A stretch of 57,742 nucleotides of DNA, the filler included, from Bipalium vagum (taxonomy: Eukaryota): the NCBI GenBank assembly GCA_037834085.1. It is 3 parts of 3 records of this genome, joined end to end, with 100 filler letters (N's around TTAATTAATTAA, not from the genome) between each part and the next. Parts side by side here need not be neighbours in the genome. Positions count along the whole stretch, not along the records: positions 39,531 to 57,742 come from JBBMKC010036125.1; 2 more parts are not named here. The stretch is one strand, 5' to 3'. A model generated the notes under the pieces. That model was given only the letters and a program-made list of their open reading frames with translations. It did no database searches and was not told where the DNA came from. Positions 49,001-57,742 of this stretch are shown one piece after another. Every line of letters starts with the position of its first letter. The stretch's first letter is position 1. The translations under genes were made by a program, and so were the position numbers.

Positions 49001-52000
49001 GAAAGGCTTAACTTTAACCGAGTTTTAAAATGAAATGGATTCTGCACTTGATAATTTTGGTCCAACATTTTCAAAAATTAAAAAATTGGCCATTGAATTC
49101 AAGCGTGACTTTACATCAATTGAAGATGATGAAAGACTGATGAAAATATCGAAAAAACTTACAATGCCGTTTTGCATTTTCGTCGTATAAAGGCTCATAA
49201 ACTTGGTGATATTGAAAAGATTACAGATAAACGCGCGCAAAGAATTCTACATGACCATTTACATATGAAAAAGTTATTTGGAAGATGGGTAACGTGTTCT
49301 TGACCATTGATATAAAATGTACAAGAATCTGCAAAAGCAATGCTTGGAGCTGTTTCAGCGTAATTCAGTTGGATTTCTCGGGAGATTCGGTTGATGATAC
49401 ATGGGGATACCATTACAAGTCAACAGTCAAAGCAATTGGTAGAAACAGGTGGTAAAACGGGAAATTGGAAACTTATGCATATTTTGAAGGACCTCATAAA
49501 TCAATATGAATTAAAAGCCTTGAATAACCTGTGAATGAATGTAATGCATGTACAAGGAAACTAAAATGAAAAGCAATATAATTTTTGTTAAAGTTTGATC
49601 TGTCTTTGTCTGACAGAGAACTTTCCAACATATTCTTGATCTGATTTTTATTAATTGAAATTTGTACAAAACAACCCTTGGTTGTTTTTAATTAAATATT
49701 TTACTTAACATTACTTTCCATTAATATAAAATAAAATATACAGATGTTAGGTGTAGTAAACTTTTGGTCGGACTTATGTTTTTGCCAATAATTTTCTGGT
49801 GACTGGAAAAATATTAGAAATTAATACTTTCACAATTGTGACTTGAAAATAATATTTTTTGCAATGATCATTTGTTGATTAAGTATTTGAAAATAACAAT
49901 GCAATTTTGCATTGTAAATATCCAATGTTGAATGTCTTTTGGATGATATTAAATTCCTGGTGGATAAGGATCAGTGAAAAAGTGCGATAATATCGAGAAA
50001 TGTAATTATTATTTTTAAAAATAAGAATTGTTATTATGTAAAACATTTAGCCATATTTCGGCAAGTTTTTTATTTGTTTCTATACCATTCTTTAAACTGA
50101 ATCAAAAAATGTTAAAAAAATTTTCTCTATCCCTTCAAGATTAACAAACCAGTGTCCTCTCAAAAAGTGTTAAATCGATCTAAAAAGTGCAAAATATGAG
50201 GGTCATCGGTCTGGATGAGGCATGAATTCAATTCCATCAAGTGTAGTAAATTTACCTTACATCAAACTGGCCCAGTGGGCTCGCGCATTGTCATGCTGAT
50301 AAAGCCATTGCTTTCTATTGATTAGAATTTGATAATTTCTTTGCAAAATATGATTGGCTCTGTCAATCTGTTTACAGTAAACCTCAGCATTCACAGCACA
50401 ACCATGTGGTACAAAGTCAAAAATGAATTAAACCTATATAATTCAATCAAACAATAATCATTACCATTTTCCAAAATTGATTTTTTTGCACACTTGTTGA
50501 TCATGTAACATCCAATGTTTAGTTTTTCCCTGATTAATAAAATAGATTCATTTTTCATCAGTAGTAACAATGCAAAAAAAATCTGTAGGATTTTGCAATT
50601 CTTTAAAGATTTCCAAACGCATTTGAGTCTAACTTTCAAATAACTCACGAAGATCTAATCTGAGTACTTACAATTGTTTCAAAGTTGTCTCAAGTGTCTT
50701 TCGATGGAAAAGTTCGCGAAATGAAACAAAGAATATTTGTATAACCAATGCATCATATTTATCGTAAAACTGCATTATTAATGTTAATAAATTTAAAATA
50801 TCAACTCATTGGAAAATTATTTGTTTTTGTACACCAATTTAAATCAATTATTTTTAACTATTTCAGAAAATGGACAAATTTGAAATCCGAGCAGTGATCA
50901 AATATTTGGTTAAAATATTCAACTAAAAAAGTATATCAAGAAGTGGTAGAAGTATTGAACGATGTGCCTATCATTTACGACGATGCATAAATGGGCTATG
51001 GAATTAAGACAGGATTATACAAGCCTGAAAGATAACTTCTTTCCGATCACGCAAAATTGTCAATCGAAGGTATCAGATATAGCTAACAAAATGGACATAT
51101 AAACCAAACAGGTGCCTTTTATTTTGCATAATGAATTAGACATGAAAATATTAATAAGATAAGTGCTGCATTTGCTTACAGTTGAAGAAAAACAAGTAAG
51201 AATGAACCTTTCTCAAGGGTGTTTGGTACGTTTTTCAGAAAAATAAAACTGATTTTGTGAGAAGATTTATTACCGGAGATGAGATATTGGTTCATTACTA
51301 CCTCCCAGAAAGGAAAACCCAATCAAAGCAGTGGAAACATCTGAACTCCAAAAAAAGTGGTGACCTTTAAATCTGCTGGTAGGTTATGGCATCAATATTT
51401 TCGGATGCCAATATATATCTTATGATCGATTATCTCCAAAAAGGCGAGGCAATCAATGGAGTGTATTACGTAAAACTGTTGGATAAATTTGATATTATGA
51501 AAAATTTTATCATTAATGAATAAAGACCAGCTTTGCAGAAAAAGAAAATCATTTTTCATCAAGATAATACACGTCCACCCACATAAGGCATTAATTACAA
51601 TGACAAAAATCTATGAATTAAAGTACGAGCTTCTTCAACATCCTACTTACTCACCCGATTTGGCTCCATCTGATTCTCACCTGTTACCAAAGTTGAAAAT
51701 TTTTTTGGTAGAAGTGCATTAATCTTAATGGATATTATGTTGAAAAAAGTATGACTTGTTAAAATAAAATTTCCTTATTCTAATTATAACAACACGTTGA
51801 CAGCTGTCATTTGAACTAACAAAAATATTGTGTCCGTCAACATATTGAATTTATGATAATAGAAATACAAGTAGAAAGCGATATTATTATTAATTTTAGA
51901 CAGATAATTATTTTAAAAATCATCAAACAAATAATTTTACTTTACCAATTTTAAAATGAGTTTAAAATTACAACAATACTTTATTTTCATTTTAATTAAC

Positions 52001-55000
52001 AGGTAAGGTTAAACAAAATTATTTTCTTTAAAATTACTTATTACCTTAATTTTAAATTTAAGTTTATTCCATTATATGTTCAAAATATAATACTGTTAAC
52101 AAAAGCAACCTATAATCCAGAAATACTTATAAACGTTATAGTTAGAACATTTTTTGTCAAGTATCTTTTTCTGGATTATTCACATTAAATAAAGGAAATA
52201 ATGAAGTATTGTATGGGTAATATTTTTTATATTTCTTTTTTGTTGAAAACCGGTATTACAAAACCATACAAAATATCATAATTATATCATTTCTACTCTC
52301 AAAGAAATTCTAATTTGATTATTATATTTTTTGATTAATAATAATAACTCTAAAAAATTGTCAAGTCAATATTAAAATGTCATTTACCCCCAACCAGCAT
52401 GGAGCAGATTGAAAAAATTTTCTCGGCATCTGTGTTAGGAGCAACATTACCGAATCCAACACTAGTGATGCTTGTACATGTAAAATACAGACTGCTAATG
52501 TAGATAGACCGAATCGTCAGACCTCCAACGGTTTCATTCAGAAAATATGATCGATTTATTTTCACCGAAAGCTCATACAGCCAATCTGAATTGTGCAACA
52601 TTTGGAGAGTATCAGTCTTTAAAAAACTCTCACTAATTTCTCGGGTCTTGCTGTTATTCATTTCTCTTTGACCGATCAGGTACCAGATGCAAGCCATCCA
52701 ATGAGCACACAGAGCAAAAGAGCACATTAAAAGTGCTAATAGTACAAAACTGTATTGAGTATATCTATCAATCTTTTGAATCAGTCTGATCAACCGTAAA
52801 AGTCTAGCAAGTTTCATTATTTGAACTTGAGAAGTCTGAGAATTATGTTTATTTTTCAATGGGTTCATTTAAGTTATTAATATTAATTATTAAATATTAA
52901 TTACTATTTTTGAACTTGACTTGATGGAAAGTATTTTCTGTAAAACTGTCTATTAATTTAATTTATTTAGTTAAAAATTTGTTACTATTCATTAAAATCT
53001 TTTAAGTTTTAAACAATATACAAAAATTAAACAAGATAAAATAATTTCTGTCAATGTTGGCTCAAAAATGTCTATTCCAATCATATATGGACGCGAAGGT
53101 ATTATTTCTGAACCTTGAACCATATTTTTTGATAGTGTTGACTGATGATTGGAATATTAAGAATTTGAATATTTAGAGGTCAGTATTTTACCAAAAATAA
53201 TGTTAAAGGAATTGAAATAATGGTTGAAATTCGGTTTGGTATTTTTAAAGTCATAATTTTTTAAAATGGTTTATAGAATTTTATAACTTTTGTTAATTGA
53301 AATTTTTTTATTTTTGATACGATGAACGAAGTATATTTCTGAAATTAAATATTTTATTCACATTTCATTACAAATGTAAAATAATTATAATTAACAGGTT
53401 AAAACAAAACAAGGCAAAACCGAATTCAATTCAAATATTCAAGTGTTAACTTTTGTAAATAAGATATTAATATTTTTTCAAAACTTTAGCAGTATAAGTC
53501 AAATCAACAATAAAATATCGTAAATATATTGCTATTACAATAAAGATTTCTTTAAAAGTACTTTTAGATAATTTTTATTTAATAATATTTTTCAATTACA
53601 TTTAAAATAATATTTGGTAGGAAACAAAATTTCCGGACAAAACATATTTATAGAAAAAAATGAATGTAAGACGAATATCAAATGAAAAATTTATAATACA
53701 ATGTAATATTATAACAACAAAGTAGATAATAGTCAGTAATTGTTCAGCCATTGTTCTCTGTCACTTATACCCTGGTTATAAAAAGACATTGTTTTTTACT
53801 TTCAAAAAAATCATCAACTGATGCTTTCATTCATCTTCATTTGTGAACGTCTTAGAATTTAGCTAGTTTTGCATAGCCCGGAATAAATGGAAACCTGTTG
53901 GACAAATTTAGTGAATAAGCTGGGTGAAGAATTTTTTCACCGGTGAAATAACCAATATGCGGTATAACATTATTGTGGAGTAGAATTATTTTTTTGTTTC
54001 TGGAAATTTTTGTGCGATCATATCTGACACCTTCTGCATTAAAAAATTATATTTGGCAATATTGATGATTGAACGATTGGACTGGAATATAAGAAGGGTC
54101 CAAATTCATTTGAATTTTTCAAAAAAACTCAGTAAAAGTTTTAATAGTTAAAAGAGAAATCTGTTCTATTTTTAGCCTATTTATATCGAACATAATTGTG
54201 AATTAAAACAAGTAAAATGAAATTTTTATTGTTCGTGAAAAGTAGCTCTCAAAGCGAGCTGTCAGTGACGAAGTGCGAAAGTGTAAGGATACAATAAAAT
54301 AATGAGTAGTTTGACAAACGAGTTGCTTATTAAATTGTACCAAAATAATTAATCTATTGTTATTTATTCTATTCGAGAATTAGGTAATTAAATTATTGCT
54401 AGTGTTGTCAGAACTAACTGCTAAATATTGACAAGGATAAAATCAAAAAAATGGATCGTGACCTAATTGTATAATTTGGCTGGATTTTATGAGATCTGGG
54501 AAAATAATATCTCATTACAATAAAAATATTATAATAAATATTAAACGCTAAAGTACAATAATAATTATTATTTGATAAAAAGGTAAATTATGGCCATAAA
54601 TATCAAAATAGTTATTTAATATCCAAGAATAATAGGTTTAATTAATTTTTTACGACTTTCTTGTATTATTATTATTATTAAGAATCCTTCAAATATCTTT
54701 ACGACTAGAATTTCTTTTAATATCAAACATTAATAAAAAAATTGTAAAAATTGTTAAAATACAATAAAGATTCTTATAAAGTTTTATAAAATTTTAAAAG
54801 CGATCCTTTTTCATAATTTTTATACTTAAAGCTTATATTTTCCAGACTCAATATAAACATTTTTTTCAAAGAATACCTATTATTTCCATATTACCTGTAG
54901 TCAACATATTTAGTAAATGAAAAATTAGGAATAAACATAAAAACCGTAATAATATCTACTTATTTCTGTTCCAATGAAATCAATTTAAGGGAAACTAAAT

Positions 55001-56022
55001 TTTCATTCTTAGTTTTTCAAATAACAATTATTAGTAAGAATTTTCTCAACTTATTCTTATAATTATCATAAAAATTCACGATAATTTCAGAATCATAAAC
55101 CGGATCTGATCATAATGGCAGCAATCGTGAGTGAAATTTTACCATTTAACAGGAGAAATAATTTTCTTATACACTAGTTTAACATTAAAAAACAAATTAA
55201 AAAATAATTTTAAACCATAATCTTGTTTTCTCATTTCTATCTATATTTGTCCCAATACCGTTTTTCATTATTTGTTTCAGAACTTTTAATTGACAATTTT
55301 ATAATTTTTGTACATAAAATAAAAATTATTGTACATTAAAATAAACTGAAAAAGAGGAAACCCTTTTTAGTTATTTATAGATTTAAATATATTCACTTTC
55401 TATTTTCATAAGTGATAATAGCAAATTCTTAATCAATATTTTCTATTTTTGTTTAAATTTCATAAAAAAAGAATTTTATTTTAATTTAAAATTTTTATCT
55501 AAAATTAATAAATTGGCGAAATGTTTTACGTTTTTAATTAAATTAAACAAATATATTTGATTAAATGAATAAAGAAGAAATATTATTTACTAGAACTGCA
55601 AATTTCATTTCAATATTGGACATGGCATCAAAAGGAAGAGCAGCAAATAAATCTAAGACAAACCATCCTTTCAGATAATTTTTGGCAATATCTCTGGGTT
55701 TATATACAACTTGTCCTGCTTTATTGACGTAAGTGGTTCGAAAGTTAAGGACGATATCTAAATTTTTAAAATAAAATATAAAAAATAACAATTAACCATA
55801 TATACCTATACTGAATAGGACCTCAACAATTATATCAAATACTAAAAAATGACGATCTCCAAGAAAGACGACATTATATGGCACATAAATTGCAATATAA
55901 AATGTACATAAAAGTATTAACCAATCCCATATAATTTTAAATAGGCTATAATGGAGAACAATCAATCGGTCCGACCTTGTTTCTTGAACCTTGTATTCTG
56001 GAACTGTTCTTTTATGTCTAAA
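46058..56022 (-). CDS. KCNH8: ELK-subfamily (Kv12, KCNH3/4/8-like) voltage-gated K+ channel, S1 to CNBHD; PAS exons lie outside the window, 3' end unresolved
   Basis: Exons 56022-55806, 55757-55591, 52835-52634, 52585-52388, 46823-46624, 46578-46326 and 46281 to 46076 or 46058. Motifs: PEYKV..., [11 protein letters not shown] (ELK-type S1), NFRTTYV, S4 [10 protein letters not shown], pore SVGFGNV, C-linker [32 protein letters not shown]. The paralog symbol is approximate. Confidence 0.93.
47700..47860 (-). mobile_element. Merlin transposase fragment in KCNH intron
   Basis: [17 protein letters not shown]...[14 protein letters not shown] matches Merlin/IS1016 K..RGR.....WVFG...V.DR...TLL.II. 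Confidence 0.65.
48950..49640 (+). mobile_element. Deleted mariner (Himar-like)
   Basis: [26 protein letters not shown] and [16 protein letters not shown]. Confidence 0.75.
50060..50700 (-). mobile_element. Decayed mariner, abutting 50700-51780
   Basis: [10 protein letters not shown] and [16 protein letters not shown]. Confidence 0.7.
50700..51780 (+). mobile_element. Decayed mariner
   Basis: TIR-like aaaagttcgcgaaatgaaac. Encodes [28 protein letters not shown] and [20 protein letters not shown]. Confidence 0.88.
53612..54200 (-). mobile_element. Decayed mariner
   Basis: TIR-like tttggtaggaaacaaaatttccggac, with LHNNV.PH, HPAYS and FYNQGI traces. Confidence 0.55.
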
Positions 56023-56599
56023 CTGAGAGAAATGCATTATATTTATTCAATATAGGTTATTTATGTATATTTAGTATTTTGAAAATAGATAAAATGGGCA
56101 CAATATCTTATGTTAAATAAATGCCAAAACGAAAATAATTATTTATAAACAACAGTCTCAGTTAATATTCGATATAAATCAACAAACAAATCATCAAATT
56201 TTGTAGTTCGTGCAATTAAACCTTGTAGTTCTTTGTGAAAGTTACCAGAACCTTGAACTTAAAGCATTTCTCCCAAAATTAAACTGTTATCTACCTTTAA
56301 TTTAATATTTGATGAAAAAAATATCAAGTTTTTTTGTGCTTGACAGTAACCTTTTCATGCACATTCATAAAGCACAATGTTTTACTTTTCCAATCCCTAG
56401 ACATTTTCTACCAGTAAAATCTTAACTAAAACAATTCGGGTGTAAAATTATATGTTTGTGTTGAAAGCCACCAATTTTTAAAATATAACTGAATTAATGA
56501 AATAAATTACTTGTTTAAATGACATAAAAATGTAATGTTATGTAACTTGAATATTGTTCACAATTTTAGGATATAAGTGTAGATATTCTGTTTTTCTTT

Positions 56600-57130
56600 C
56601 TTTGAATATAAAAGGAATGTTAAATGAGAATTACATTGACTAATACGTTGTGAAGATCTGTGGAATCCAGTACTTGAAAAAACGAACCAAACCAGAATTT
56701 TTTTCAAAATAGTCGCCTATAAAGTCAACACATTTTTACAGATGATTGAACCAATTTTCGAAGAATTTTTTCCATTCTGAAGATACAAATACCTCGAATT
56801 TCTTTTTGATGGTCGGAAACAAAAAGAAGTCACAAGTTGATGAGTTAGTTGGTTAGATGCTGTATCATTAATTCTACATTTTTATTGGCAACGAAATCAA
56901 TGGTTTCACAGACTTTGAGACCTGGTTTTGTAATGAATAATAATTTCTGAATTATCGATTAATCTATCTAAGTTAGAAAACTGTTGCATATCATTTAGAG
57001 TGGTCAGTTCTTTGATTCTCTAAAGTTATCTTCTTTAAAACTGAAGAAACATGAAATTATTTTTTGTATCCTTGTGGGACTGTACAACTTTTGTTGATTT
57101 GGATTCATCTTTAAACTTTTTAAACGCAGG
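56600..57130 (-). mobile_element. Decayed mariner
   Basis: STCDFFLFPTIKKK and KCVDFIGDYFEK. Confidence 0.65.
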
Positions 57131-57229
57131 TCTTTGATTGTGCTTCATACTGAAAGCCCAGACAAAGTCTAAAGTATATATAAATTGATTCATGAGAAAA
57201 AGCATATAAAGCCATCGAGCAAACTAAGT

Positions 57230-57742
57230 ATATCATCTTCAAAAGATGAATGGTCGTTTAAATCGAGAGAATAAAATATTCATTAGAAAATTCGCTACTG
57301 AACTCAACATTCAAATAAACCTGTTTATGGAATAAACACAAATGATCTAGAATGTCGAGCATATAAAATGCATATTAAACCGTTGCTTACTGATCTCACA
57401 AAACCAAGCGAATTAAGTTTGTAAATTTGGTGCGCAATAATTTTTGAAAGTTAATGTGGTTAGACGTTAGTTCGGAAGATATATCACTACTGCTCATTTT
57501 TGATAAAGACTCTATAAATCACCATATAGTTACATTAAACAAGTATTACCAGTGACTTTAAAATATATGCAATGTATTCGATTATCAATGGTTGTTCCAA
57601 CAAGATGGCAAGACGCTGTGCACTAACAATCTTACTCGAAAATGGTGTGCTTATGTTTGGTTATTATTAATCGACAACAATGGTCATTATTTCTGTGATT
57701 AAAATAAATATTTTGATGTTAGAACTTTGAGTTTTATTTTTA
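57230..57742 (+). mobile_element. maT/DD37D-like Tc1/mariner remnant
   Basis: IRKFATELNI...NDLECRAYKMHIKPLLTD and WLFQQDG...TRKWC. Confidence 0.6.

Noticed and set aside
49134-49160. ctgatga...cgaaa hammerhead-like words
   Set aside because: Explained by mariner coding sequence (TDENIEK) and has no closing stems.
1-57742. tRNA, rRNA, snRNA, spliced-leader RNA genes, CRISPR arrays, TnpB/Fanzor
   Set aside because: None recognised by eye. A covariance-model or HMM scan would be needed to exclude them formally.

Overview
Very AT-rich eukaryotic (animal) genomic DNA with spliceosomal GT-AG introns, many only 40-55 nt long. The short introns, abundant mariners and NeSL-type LINE suggest a flatworm/planarian-like genome, but that is inference only. 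Five host genes are supportable from manual exon reconstruction: a complete LSm4 (+, four exons, missed by the ORF track); the 3' half of Vangl/Strabismus (-, ending ETSV); the 3' part of UPF2 (+, 8 exons); an internal part of glycine dehydrogenase GLDC (+, 9 exons); and an ELK-type KCNH K+ channel (-, S1 to CNBHD). Most remaining DNA is decayed transposon: about 15 mariners (some nested), Tc1, rosa/DD41D, DD37E/L31-like, maT-like, Tigger/pogo, Merlin, MITEs, Gypsy scraps and a NeSL-like RLE non-LTR retrotransposon whose RT is missing. Two gaps are artificial 44N-TTAATTAATTAA-44N linkers, so the window is at least three concatenated pieces. Most worth checking: Vangl and UPF2 face head-to-head and both lack 5' exons, and UPF2 sits in a compositionally distinct block; a SINE-like segment with a degenerate twister-ribozyme-like motif lies between the two LINE halves; an unassigned dispersed repeat shows coding-type divergence; and the KCNH turret contains an in-frame, stop-free 48-nt intron. 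I cannot demonstrate a new biological system from sequence alone.
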